DNA from: an uncultured Pseudomonadota bacterium
Lineage (GTDB): Bacteria > Oederibacteriota > Muellerivitia > Muellerivitales > Muellerivitaceae
Assembly (NCBI GenBank): GCA_963843375.1
Contig: CAWJKT010000001.1
Coordinates: forward strand, 235,993 to 299,992
Direction of reading: 5' to 3'
DNA length: 64,000 nucleotides
The translations under genes and the position numbers were made by a program. Positions within the stretch are counted from its first letter, which is position 1, and each line of letters begins with the position of its first letter. Under the pieces are notes generated by a model. That model saw only the letters and a list, made by a program, of their open reading frames with translations, had not been told where the DNA came from and did no database searches. This document shows positions 44,923 through 54,359 of the stretch, in pieces.

Positions 44923-46506
44923 ATGAAGAAAGCATTAGCCTTGTTGTTTGTTGGCTTTATGGTTTTGGGTGCGAATTGGGCGATGGCCGATTCGCGTACC
45001 GATTCCTTGGGATTGACCGCGGGTCAGCAAATTGACGACCTGGATTCGATTTGGCTTTTCCCACAGAATGCGGCCGATTTTGGGAATGTGGTGGATAACC
45101 GGTTCGGAACCAGCGCTAATTCGGGGGTTTTGACGCCCGATAATGATTGGTTCGGAATCATCGACCAAGAATGGCCGGATTTGGGTTATATCGGAGCTTA
45201 TACCAAGAGGCCTTTTAACGACTCCAACGGAATTGTTCCGGCCTTTGCCCCGGAAAACCAATTCGGAATTTTCAATTACATTGGCGGCAGTTGGAATAAC
45301 GCCTTGGACCCCCTAGCTGCGGGCGGCGCGCAGATTACTACTCACGTCGGTGCTGCGGCTTTTACCGCAGTCCCACTGATTCTTCCCATTGCCGATCCCG
45401 AGAACAAGCTGGATGCCTTCTGGGCACAGAAATACAGCGATGTTAATTTGGGTATCCACGTCAACTACGCCAGCCAGAGCGTTAGCGAATACGCTGCCGT
45501 AGGTTATGTGAACCCTCCTGCCGGCGGGACGCTGCTCAACGAAAACGAGGTTGGTGGGGATCAAGTCCTCGGCCTTGACTTGGGACTTGGAGTGAAAAAT
45601 TTCATTCTCTGGGATAGTTTTAACGTAGCTGTGGGTTATTCCATGGGTTCAGTTAACTACGGTATACAAGATAACGCAGAAAACAGCACCCAAAATGGAA
45701 CCCAGAACGAGATTAATTTTCAGGAAAAGGATCACGGCATCAGTGAGTTCAGGATTAATGCCCTGGGCGTGTCGAAGATTTCCGACACCACCAACGGCCG
45801 CCTGTACTTGAATATCCGGTTGGATAGCCTAGGAGTGGATAGCACTCTGACGGAGACGGCTGACAATGGGACCCTGGAAACAGCTGCGGGCGACCAGTTT
45901 GCCCAGACCAACACTTATACCGACACCAATATCAACATCGGATATGCCCTCAACCATAAGGTGGGCGACGGCAAGGCCATGGTGATCGCCAGCTTGACCG
46001 GTATTTTTGACGATCGCAAGTGGACCGCGACGGATCTCGAAAACGCTGGGGGCAGCTCCACTGCCAATCAAGTGGAAGACACTTCAGGCGAGACCGTGGA
46101 AGAAACCGCTTTGGTGATTCCTTTAAACGTGGCCTTCGAAGCGCCATTGTTCGATTGGATGAAGTTCCGGATGGGTGTTTATAAGAACATCTTCCAAACC
46201 CTCACCGACAAGATCGTCATGCCGACGGATGTGAACGGAGCGGGCACGGGCTACCAGAGCGATGATACTGGCGCGGAGACCGTAGATGCGGTCGCTGGCA
46301 TCAGTACTTTCATGGGAGTGGGGATGAATTTCAGCAACTTCACCCTGGACTTCCAGTTGAACCCCACCAATTTGTTGACAGCACTTAATGGCGCGGCTCC
46401 CGGTGACGGAATCCTTTACGGACAAAGCACCTCTGGCCAAAACGCCTCAATCATCAACGACTTGTGGACGTCTATCGCGCAATTAGATATGCGCTACGCT
46501 TTCTAA
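44923..46506 (+). CDS. Putative major outer-membrane beta-barrel protein
   Basis: Signal peptide (AMA-DS), alternating amphipathic strands, Asn/Asp/Gly/Thr rich, C-terminal beta-signal LDMRYAF; own promoter and terminator. Confidence 0.8.
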   Translation: MKKALALLFVGFMVLGANWAMADSRTDSLGLTAGQQIDDLDSIWLFPQNAADFGNVVDNRFGTSANSGVLTPDNDWFGIIDQEWPDLGYIGAYTKRPFNDSNGIVPAFAPENQFGIFNYIGGSWNNALDPLAAGGAQITTHVGAAAFTAVPLILPIADPENKLDAFWAQKYSDVNLGIHVNYASQSVSEYAAVGYVNPPAGGTLLNENEVGGDQVLGLDLGLGVKNFILWDSFNVAVGYSMGSVNYGIQDNAENSTQNGTQNEINFQEKDHGISEFRINALGVSKISDTTNGRLYLNIRLDSLGVDSTLTETADNGTLETAAGDQFAQTNTYTDTNINIGYALNHKVGDGKAMVIASLTGIFDDRKWTATDLENAGGSSTANQVEDTSGETVEETALVIPLNVAFEAPLFDWMKFRMGVYKNIFQTLTDKIVMPTDVNGAGTGYQSDDTGAETVDAVAGISTFMGVGMNFSNFTLDFQLNPTNLLTALNGAAPGDGILYGQSTSGQNASIINDLWTSIAQLDMRYAF

Positions 46507-46519
46507 GATTGTGTAGAAT

Positions 46520-46555
46520 AACCCCGCCCCTGAATAAGGGGCGGGGTTTTTTTTT
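46520..46555 (+). terminator. Intrinsic terminator
   Basis: AACCCCGCCCCT-GAATA-AGGGGCGGGGTT with a T9 tract. Confidence 0.95.
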
Positions 46556-46574
46556 GCCCGCGAAGGAAATAAAA

Positions 46575-47378
46575 ATGACGAAACCATTTAAAATCTTTTT
46601 TTTAGTGATACTCGCTTCGCTTTTGAGCAGGCAGTTGGTTTTTGCCTCGGACGAAACCCCCGCCACGGACAGCGCGGCCAGTCTTGAAGTTGAGAAATTG
46701 AAACTCCAAATCGAAGAGTTGAAACTTGAAAACCAAAGATTGCAACTTGAAATAAAAACCCTTCAGTTGGGGGCCTCGAGCGGAACTCCAACTCCCGCCG
46801 CCGCCACCCCGTCTCCCACCCCGACGGACAAGGGCGGAAAGAAAATCGCCTTGGATATGGAGGAAAAGGCACGGGCCCTTGCGAAACAATACGCTTCGGA
46901 CGGCCAAAAACTAGTTTTGGATTTTTCCAACGGGGAAATGTATTACAAGGATGTCCATTACAGGATGATGGACTTCAACGGGCTTTGCGAAGACCAAAAA
47001 TGGGCCATGAAGCAAAATTTCATCAAGTATGACATATCCGGCGACAGCATGTACCAGTACCAATACCGAAATGTTTATCTGAACCGCTATAACATGCAGG
47101 CAATGGGTGTTTTTGTTTTTGAGGCGCCCAAACAGGATGGTGATTTCACATTCATCACCCCTGAAACCGTCACCGAAACGGGACGTTTCGGCGATTTCAG
47201 GAACCTCCTTGAGACGGCCTATTTTAAATTCAGCGACGAACGCAAACAGGACGGCTTCCGGGTTTTGCGGTTCAAGCACGGGGCGGACTTCCTGGGATTC
47301 GACGATGTCCTGGAAATTTGGTTTGATAATAAAGATAATTTCGCGAAATTGAAGTGGGGTATGTTGGACAAGAAATAA
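46575..47378 (+). CDS. Secreted hypothetical protein (coiled coil, Pro/Thr linker, globular domain)
   Basis: AAGGA RBS, signal peptide VFA-SD, heptad EKLKLQIEELKLENQRLQLE, TPTPAAATPSPTPT linker. Confidence 0.7.
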   Translation: MTKPFKIFFLVILASLLSRQLVFASDETPATDSAASLEVEKLKLQIEELKLENQRLQLEIKTLQLGASSGTPTPAAATPSPTPTDKGGKKIALDMEEKARALAKQYASDGQKLVLDFSNGEMYYKDVHYRMMDFNGLCEDQKWAMKQNFIKYDISGDSMYQYQYRNVYLNRYNMQAMGVFVFEAPKQDGDFTFITPETVTETGRFGDFRNLLETAYFKFSDERKQDGFRVLRFKHGADFLGFDDVLEIWFDNKDNFAKLKWGMLDKK

Positions 47379-47486
47379 ACGAGTCATTTCTTTAAAAGTC
47401 GGATTTGTTTGCAGTAATCCAATATTGTTTAGTGACAATGACATTAAAGGCTGAAACTAGAAACTTTTACTAATAGGAGTAGAAAT

Positions 47487-47813
47487 ATGGATAACGCTTT
47501 CGCCCAAACAGCCGTTAAGACCGCTGGGGCGTCAATGGGACCGCAAAACCCTTTGGTGAACCTGTTCGTGACGACGATATTGCCCATTATGTTGCTCTAT
47601 TACTTCTTTTTTGTTTACCTTCCGGCTAAGGATAAAAAAAAGAGAGACGAGTCACTCAACGCGATCCAACGCGGGGACCGGGTCTTGACCCGTGGTGGTA
47701 TTTACGGAACCGTGGCGGACATCAAAGACCAAGTTTTAATATTGAAAATTAATGAGAATAATAAAATCGAAGTAGAGCGTTCTTACGTGGAAACCATCCA
47801 AAAATCCTCTTAA
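47487..47813 (+). CDS. yajC: Preprotein translocase subunit YajC
   Basis: TM helix then GDRVLTRGGIYGTV. Confidence 0.9.
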   Translation: MDNAFAQTAVKTAGASMGPQNPLVNLFVTTILPIMLLYYFFFVYLPAKDKKKRDESLNAIQRGDRVLTRGGIYGTVADIKDQVLILKINENNKIEVERSYVETIQKSS

Positions 47814-48128
47814 ACAGGGCATTGGAATTTTTGGCCGGCTGATTTGGATAATCTTAAAAGTAAATTTCACCCAATGCCTTTGAGGTTGTTTGTTTGGAAG
47901 AAGAAATGGGAATAAATTCAGGATGGGATTTTTTATATCCGACAATGACTTTTCGAATTACCCCTCCGTCTTAAAATCGGTGTTAAAGATTGTCAAAAGA
48001 TTTATTTAATCTTCGGGATTACTGATAAGTTCATTAATATTTTTCGATATTATTTTGGATGTAATTAAAGTTAATTGAGGTTGTTGGTTTTTTGTGAGGT
48101 TTAAAAACAAATAATTTTGTTAAGACTA

Positions 48129-48156
48129 ATATTTGTCAATGTATATTATGTAAACC
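48129..48156 (+). other. dif-like 28-mer (candidate XerC/XerD site)
   Basis: ATATTTGTCAA-TGTATA-TTATGTAAACC; spacer identical to E. coli dif, right arm 10/11 to B. subtilis dif; left arm poor. Confidence 0.35.
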
Positions 48157-48255
48157 TAAATCGTTGAAACTAGAATAAGAAAAGAATGTTTGCGATATAA
48201 TTTCAGTGTTCATGAATAATCCAAAATCAGACTTCACTTTGAGGCGGCTGATCCG

Positions 48256-48798
48256 ATGAATGAAATAATGACCGCACAGGAATTGTCGGCCTATCTTAAG
48301 ATTACAACCACCACTATTTACAAATTGGCCCAGCAAGGGGAAATCCCTTCTTTTAAAGTGGGGAGCGAATGGCGTTTCAAGAGAGAGTTGGTGGATCGTT
48401 GGCTTGAGAAGGGGGTCGGACACTCCCTCAAAAAGGTCTTGGTCGTCGACGACGAACCTGCCATTTGTGAACTTTATCAGAAGGCGCTGGACCGGAAAAA
48501 ATATTCGGTGAATGTGGCCCATTCGGGCAAAGAAGCTATTCAAGCCGCCGGCAAAGCCGATTACGATTTTATTTTTTTAGATCTTAAGATGCCGGAAATG
48601 AACGGGGTGGAAACTTTCAAAGAAATCAAGAAACTGACCCTCCGGGCAATGGTCGTGATTGTGACGGCTTATCCCGACAGTGAGCTCTTGAGCGAGGCCA
48701 TGCGTTTGGGGCCATTGACGGTCATTCTAAAACCCTTCGATTTGATTGAGATCCAACGTTCATTGGAATCTTTGGTTCTCATGACGTCAAAAACTTAA
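48256..48798 (+). CDS. Response regulator with N-terminal excisionase-like HTH (HTH_17) and C-terminal receiver domain
   Basis: IMTAQELSAYLKI...IYKLAQQGEIPSFKVGSEWRF; VVDDE, FLDLKMP, VTAY, KPF. Confidence 0.9.
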   Translation: MNEIMTAQELSAYLKITTTTIYKLAQQGEIPSFKVGSEWRFKRELVDRWLEKGVGHSLKKVLVVDDEPAICELYQKALDRKKYSVNVAHSGKEAIQAAGKADYDFIFLDLKMPEMNGVETFKEIKKLTLRAMVVIVTAYPDSELLSEAMRLGPLTVILKPFDLIEIQRSLESLVLMTSKT

Positions 48799-48897
48799 AT
48801 CCCTTTTTTTCCCGTTTAATCTTCATCGATTTATTTCGAACAGCCCAATCAAAATGTAAAATAAATCCATTTATATAAACTTTCACCGGAGAGTCTG

Positions 48898-50289
48898 TTG
48901 GCGACCTTATCATCCGAAATTTTTTGCTCCCAATTGTCCCTCCAAGGCCAAGGCGTCCTCGAAAAGTCCCTTGATTGGGTAGGCTTGTGGGAGTCGTGGT
49001 CTGCCGCGGGGGCCTCTGTGCTTTTGGAAAGCGCGGGGATTCCAGGGGAAGCCAATGAATGGTTGATTCTGGCGGGTATTCCGGAGAAAGAATATTTTGA
49101 GAGCGGAGAAAAATTCTGGTTGGCCGATGATTTGGGTTTTCATCCGGCTTCTTTCAATTTTTGGGATTTCGCTGATTCGATCGCGAACAATAGTTCCGGT
49201 TTTTTGCCCATGCCTTTTTGTCTCTCGTCATCCTGGTTCGGGATTTTAAGTTATGAGTTTGGATTGCTCACCCAATTGGGGGCAAAGAAGACAACGCGCA
49301 ACCTTTCCAAGACGGTTCCGGATTTTTATTTTTTTAAGCCTTCCCGGTTAATGGCGGTTAATCGTCGTTCAAAAGAATATTTCCTTTTTGGCAGACATGA
49401 CTTCGATCCTTTTAAAGATGGATTGCAGCTGCGAAATTCTTTTAATGTTCAGGCGATCCAAGCCCGAGGGAACCTGGAGGATTACCGGTTGAAGGTTCAA
49501 GGCGCCCAGGCTTACATACAATCAGGCGATGTCTACCAAGTAAACCTTGCCCAATCTTTTCAAGCCCGTTGGGAAGGAAATGCTGGAAGTCTTTACCGGC
49601 TTCTTCGGGAAATGAACCCGGGCCCTTTCATGGGAATTTTTAAGGGAAGGGATTTCACGGTGGTCTCATCCTCGCCCGAACGACTTGTCTCCGGTGAGGG
49701 AAACCGACTTGAGACGAGGCCCATAGCAGGCACAAGGCCGCGAGGAAAAGATGAAATACAGGATCTGCAGCTACAAATTGAGCTTAAAACGAATCCAAAG
49801 GAACAGGCGGAGCACTTGATGTTGGTGGATTTGGCGCGTAACGATTTGGGACGGGTAGCCCGTTACGGAAGCGTCGAAATCAAACGTTATGCGGATATAG
49901 AATCTTACGCAAAGGTTCATCATCTGGTTTCCACGGTACAAGCCCAACGTCATGAATCCGCAACCTTGTCGGATATCCTCAAATCCCTTTTTCCAGGCGG
50001 CACGATTACGGGTTGTCCGAAAATACGCTGTATGCAGATAATCCATGAGTTGGAGGAAAGACCCCGTGGCTTTTACACAGGCAGCATGGGATATTTGGCC
50101 CCCGGGCCTTGTTTTGATTTGAATATTTTAATTCGAAGTTTCACCCTTTTTTCCAATGGGTTGCTGGAGTTCCACGCCGGGGCCGGAATTGTCGCGGATT
50201 CTGATCCCGAAAGGGAATATCTGGAAACCCTTTACAAGGTGGAAGCCATGGCTCAGGCCCTGGGTGTTTCCCTGATGCCGCCCGTATGA
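48898..50289 (+). CDS. pabB: Chorismate-binding enzyme, probably aminodeoxychorismate synthase component I
   Basis: GDVYQVNL, SSSPERL, PIAGTRPRG, AEHLMLVDLARNDLG, FPGGTITGCPK; coupled to a class IV aminotransferase. Confidence 0.8.
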   Translation: MATLSSEIFCSQLSLQGQGVLEKSLDWVGLWESWSAAGASVLLESAGIPGEANEWLILAGIPEKEYFESGEKFWLADDLGFHPASFNFWDFADSIANNSSGFLPMPFCLSSSWFGILSYEFGLLTQLGAKKTTRNLSKTVPDFYFFKPSRLMAVNRRSKEYFLFGRHDFDPFKDGLQLRNSFNVQAIQARGNLEDYRLKVQGAQAYIQSGDVYQVNLAQSFQARWEGNAGSLYRLLREMNPGPFMGIFKGRDFTVVSSSPERLVSGEGNRLETRPIAGTRPRGKDEIQDLQLQIELKTNPKEQAEHLMLVDLARNDLGRVARYGSVEIKRYADIESYAKVHHLVSTVQAQRHESATLSDILKSLFPGGTITGCPKIRCMQIIHELEERPRGFYTGSMGYLAPGPCFDLNILIRSFTLFSNGLLEFHAGAGIVADSDPEREYLETLYKVEAMAQALGVSLMPPV

Positions 50290-51146
50290 CCGATCTTATT
50301 TTTCTCGATCATAAATTAGTTCCTATGGGAAAAGCGCGCTTTTCACCTTTGAATACCGCCCTTTTTTTCGGGGAATGTCTGCTGGAAACCATTCCGGTTT
50401 ACCATGGGAAGCCTCTTTTCTTCGAGGATCACTTGGACCGGCTTGAGCGAGGATGCCGATTTTTGGACTGGCCAATCATTCCCCGCGAAAGGTTCGAAAA
50501 AGCGATCCGGCTTTACCAAGCCAAACCGGACGTACCGGCTCATTTTGCCATCCGGTTCAGTTTAGCTCAGGAAATAGATCTACCTGCCAATCCACGAATT
50601 TTTTCTAAAAGGATTCCTCGCCTTTTAGCTGTGATCCGCCCGCTTAGGAACAACCCTTGGAATTTTGAGCCGCTCCAGGGAAAAGTTGGAATCAGCAGTT
50701 GGCTGGTTCCAAGCCCGAACTCTGTCCCGGGTCAATTTAAATGGATTTTTTATATGATGATTCGTCAAGATTTTCGCCGGCATCCGGATTGGGATGAAAT
50801 GCTAAGGTTGGATGAAGAAGGCTTTGTTGTAGATGGCGGGAGTTCCTCACCTCTGTGGTTTGCGCGAGGAACAGTGTTTGCTCCACCTTCAGCTACGGGC
50901 GCCATAGAAAGTGTGACTCGAAAAAAAATCTTGAGTTTGTGTCGCCGACTTGGAACGAAAGTAGTTGAGAAAAGATGGAAACCTTCGGATGTCCTGAAGC
51001 AAGGTGAATTATTTTTCACTGGCTCCGGCGTGGGTGTCATGGGATCAACTTATTTAAAAGGGCGCTTTCTAAACCGTCCTTCCCCCTTTACCCTGCGGCT
51101 CTGGCAACATTACCGGAAGTGGGCGCTCCAAAAAGCTACGGTTTAA
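50286..51146 (+). CDS. pabC: Class IV aminotransferase family, probably aminodeoxychorismate lyase
   Basis: GECLLET, HLDRL, putative PLP Lys in GQFKW, SVTR, ELFFTGS; follows pabB. Confidence 0.75.
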   Translation: MTDLIFLDHKLVPMGKARFSPLNTALFFGECLLETIPVYHGKPLFFEDHLDRLERGCRFLDWPIIPRERFEKAIRLYQAKPDVPAHFAIRFSLAQEIDLPANPRIFSKRIPRLLAVIRPLRNNPWNFEPLQGKVGISSWLVPSPNSVPGQFKWIFYMMIRQDFRRHPDWDEMLRLDEEGFVVDGGSSSPLWFARGTVFAPPSATGAIESVTRKKILSLCRRLGTKVVEKRWKPSDVLKQGELFFTGSGVGVMGSTYLKGRFLNRPSPFTLRLWQHYRKWALQKATV

Positions 51147-51280
51147 CGGTTGTTCTTAAAATCCCCTTGTTTCGAAAAAATCAGCCGTTAAAATAATCGC
51201 GGCTTGCCTTCTTTTCCACCCTTCTTGAAGCAAACCAAAACAAAACGATCCGATCCTATTTCTGTTTCCCGGGAGGGAGC

Positions 51281-52132
51281 ATGTCTTTGATCCTAGATGG
51301 AAACGCGGTTGCCAAGGCCGTCCAAGAACAAATCGCCAAAAATCTGGAGAATCTAAAATCCAATGGGCCCAGACCGGGCTTGGCCGTGGTGTTGGTCGGC
51401 GATGATCCAGCCTCCGCTATTTACGTTGGCCGTAAGAAAAAAGCCTGCGATGCCCTTGGGTTCTATTCCGATGAACACCGATTACCGAAAGAAACCATTG
51501 AAGGGCATTTGCTGAATTTGATCCAAACTTTGAATCAAAATCCGAAAATTCACGGCGTGCTCGTACAGTTACCGTTGCCAAAGCATTTGAACACCCAGAA
51601 AGTTATCGAAACTATCGATCCCCGTAAAGACGTGGACGGGATGCATCCTTACAACCTTGGTAAACTCGTCGCCGGTTTGCCCGGATTACGCTCCTGCACA
51701 CCTGCCGGGGTCATGGCCATGTTGGACCATTACAAAATACCCGTTTCGGGTAAAAGAGCAGTGGTGATTGGAAGAAGTATCATGGTCGGGAAACCAATGG
51801 CTCAACTTCTTTTGGAAGCCAACGCGACTGTGACGGTATGTCATAGCAAAACCCGGAATATTGGTGACGTTATCAAGGAAGCCGAATTGGTGGTTGCGGC
51901 TATCGGAAAGCCGCGTTTTGTGACGGCGACTATGGTTCAGGATGGAGCCGTTGTGGTGGATGTGGGAATCAATCGAACCCCCGAAGGAAAGCTAGTAGGC
52001 GATGTGGATTTCGAAGCTCTTTCCTCAAAGGTATCGGCTATTTCACCGGTGCCGGGCGGTGTGGGACCCATGACAATTGCCCTTTTGATGAAAAACACTT
52101 ATGAAGCTTTTTTACAACAAACGGGTTTTTAA
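51281..52132 (+). CDS. folD: Bifunctional methylene-THF dehydrogenase/cyclohydrolase
   Basis: VGDDPAS, VQLPLP, KDVDG, CTPAG, GRSIMVGKP, PVPGGVGPMT. Confidence 0.98.
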   Translation: MSLILDGNAVAKAVQEQIAKNLENLKSNGPRPGLAVVLVGDDPASAIYVGRKKKACDALGFYSDEHRLPKETIEGHLLNLIQTLNQNPKIHGVLVQLPLPKHLNTQKVIETIDPRKDVDGMHPYNLGKLVAGLPGLRSCTPAGVMAMLDHYKIPVSGKRAVVIGRSIMVGKPMAQLLLEANATVTVCHSKTRNIGDVIKEAELVVAAIGKPRFVTATMVQDGAVVVDVGINRTPEGKLVGDVDFEALSSKVSAISPVPGGVGPMTIALLMKNTYEAFLQQTGF

Positions 52133-52227
52133 ATAATGCTCATATTTAATCGTCTTTTAGTCGTAATACCCAATAACCCGAAATGCTTTTAACCAAAATC
52201 CAGTAGCTGGTATGGGAGAATGAGGGA

Positions 52228-52830
52228 ATGCGGAAAGCTCTCAAAGTAGGCTTGACGGGGGGACTGGGGGCGGGAAAAAGCTCGGTTTTAAAATTTCTCC
52301 AAGAAAAAGGAATTCCTGTCCTTCAAACGGATGATTTGGGCCATAAAATTCTAATGGAAAAAAAGTTTTCGATGGCCCTGGTCCAACAATTTGGAAGGGA
52401 TATTCTAAACCGGCAAGGGATCATTGATCGAAAAAAACTGGCAACATTGGTTTTCAACGATTCCCACAAGCGCAAGAAATTAAATGAACTTCTTCATCCG
52501 GAAGTCCGTAAAAGAGTGGCTCAATGGGTCAACCGGCAAACCCGCAGGGTTTTGCCTTATTCCATGATTGTGGTAGAAGTTCCTTTATTGTTTGAAAGGG
52601 GATATACAACGCAGCTTTTGACCGGGTTCTTTGCGTTTCGGCTCCCCGGGATCAAAGGCAACAACGGCTTTTAAAAAGGGGATTGGACATTGGCCGAAAT
52701 CCGACTCAGGGAAAAGGCCCAATGGTCTCAGACCAGGAAAAACTCAAAGGCTGATTGGATCATTTTTAACCAAAATGGATTGAAAGACTTAAAATACTCT
52801 GTTAACCGATGGCTTAAAAGATTTGAATAA
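52228..52830 (+). CDS. coaE: Dephospho-CoA kinase (two apparent frameshifts near 52610 and 52683)
   Basis: GLTGGLGAGKS, IDRKKL, LHPEV, EVPLLFE; C-terminal KADWIIFN in shifted frame. Confidence 0.93.
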
Positions 52831-52874
52831 GTTTTTTTCGCATTATTGATTTTATCGGTTTTTGATGGAAGCGC

Positions 52875-54359
52875 TTGGAAAGGTATCTTGAGATGATTCT
52901 TAAGAATCGATTATTTAACCTTGAAAATTTGAAAATTCAGCAAAGATGGGTTCTGGTTATTGGAACCCTGGTCATAGCGATTATAGTTTGCTATCCCGTG
53001 ACTCAAAGGGGCGAAAACCTTTTATCCCCTCTTTTCCTTTTTTTTCTTCCTTTAACCCTTTCGGGGTTGCTTTTAGGATTGAATATAACCGCCGTTTTGA
53101 CGGTTCTTGTCATAGTGGTTTCCCTTATCAACCTCGTAAGTGTTTCCTCGCCGCCTTGGGTTGCAGCCACCTTTGTTCTGGGCGTGATCGTCAATTTTTA
53201 CGGTTGGAACCGTTGGATTCGCCAAAACGAAATCCAAGAATTCCAATTACAAAAAGCCCAAGAGGAATTGGAATTGAATATGAACGACACCCGTATCGCT
53301 TATGAAAAAATCAAGGTAGCTCACCAGTCAAACCTAATGAAAATACAACGTTATACCGCCTTGAACGAACTTGCCCGAAGTCTGGCGATGACTTTTAAAA
53401 CCCAAGACGTGGTCGTTCTTTTGATAGAGACAATTTCGAAAACATTTATGGTACAAGGCGGAGTGTACACTCTTTTGCTTTTCGATAGCACGATTGGTAA
53501 AGCGCTTCACTCAGTCCGGTACAGCGTGGACACGGAAATGGAAGTTCGTTTAAACAGGGAACGACTCAATCCCGAGGAGATTTTTAACACTTGGGTATTA
53601 TCCCAGGCAAAGCCTCTTTTTATTAACGACACAAGTAATGATTTTCGATTTCAAAACTACTCCTCTGAAAACAAAATCCGAAGTCTGATGTCCGCTCCTC
53701 TATTGGCGGGCAATGAAATATTGGGACTTATTCGCATTGAAAGCTGTTTTCCGACCGCTTTTCGACAGGACGACGCCCGATTGCTTTCGAATTTTTGTGA
53801 TTTAGGCACAGTGGCCCTTGAGCATGTCGCGCTCTATCGCCAAACCATTGAATTGGCGATTACAGACGGATTAACGGGCCTTTATGTACAGCGTTATTAC
53901 AAAGAAAGGGTACGAGATGAGGTTTTTCGGGCTTTGGAGCATAAATTGCCCCTTTGCCTCATGATGATCGACGTTGATAACTTTAAATCTTATAACGACA
54001 AATACGGCCATCTTGTGGGGGATAAAGTTTTGAAGGTAGTGGCCCAGGTGCTTAAGGAAACGGTTCGAACGGTTGATTTGGTTGCCCGGTATGGCGGAGA
54101 AGAATTTTCAGTCCTTCTACTTAAGACTCCTTGGTCGGGCGCTCAAACTGTAGCTGAACGTATTCGGGCAAAAAGTGGCCGAGCAGGAAATCATCGCTTC
54201 GCAACAATCCACCCATATTACAGTCAGCATTGGGGTTTCCGAGTTAAATCCGATTTTAAAGATGTTGAGAAATTTATTGATTCCGCCGACCAGGCCTTAT
54301 ATCAAGCCAAGGGCGATGGTAAGAATTGTGTGCGTTTGGCGAAAGCAGGAACTTTTTAA
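52875..54359 (+). CDS. Membrane sensor GAF-GGDEF diguanylate cyclase (compensating indels near 54170 and 54250)
   Basis: TM helices, coiled coil, GAF, AITDGLTGL, DVDNFK, RTVD I-site, RYGGEEF. Confidence 0.92.
   Translation: MERYLEMILKNRLFNLENLKIQQRWVLVIGTLVIAIIVCYPVTQRGENLLSPLFLFFLPLTLSGLLLGLNITAVLTVLVIVVSLINLVSVSSPPWVAATFVLGVIVNFYGWNRWIRQNEIQEFQLQKAQEELELNMNDTRIAYEKIKVAHQSNLMKIQRYTALNELARSLAMTFKTQDVVVLLIETISKTFMVQGGVYTLLLFDSTIGKALHSVRYSVDTEMEVRLNRERLNPEEIFNTWVLSQAKPLFINDTSNDFRFQNYSSENKIRSLMSAPLLAGNEILGLIRIESCFPTAFRQDDARLLSNFCDLGTVALEHVALYRQTIELAITDGLTGLYVQRYYKERVRDEVFRALEHKLPLCLMMIDVDNFKSYNDKYGHLVGDKVLKVVAQVLKETVRTVDLVARYGGEEFSVLLLKTPWSGAQTVAERIRAKSGRAGNHRFATIHPYYSQHWGFRVKSDFKDVEKFIDSADQALYQAKGDGKNCVRLAKAGTF

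Noticed and set aside
51147..51280. ZMP/ZTP or THF riboswitch upstream of folD
   Set aside because: The conserved core motifs are not visible
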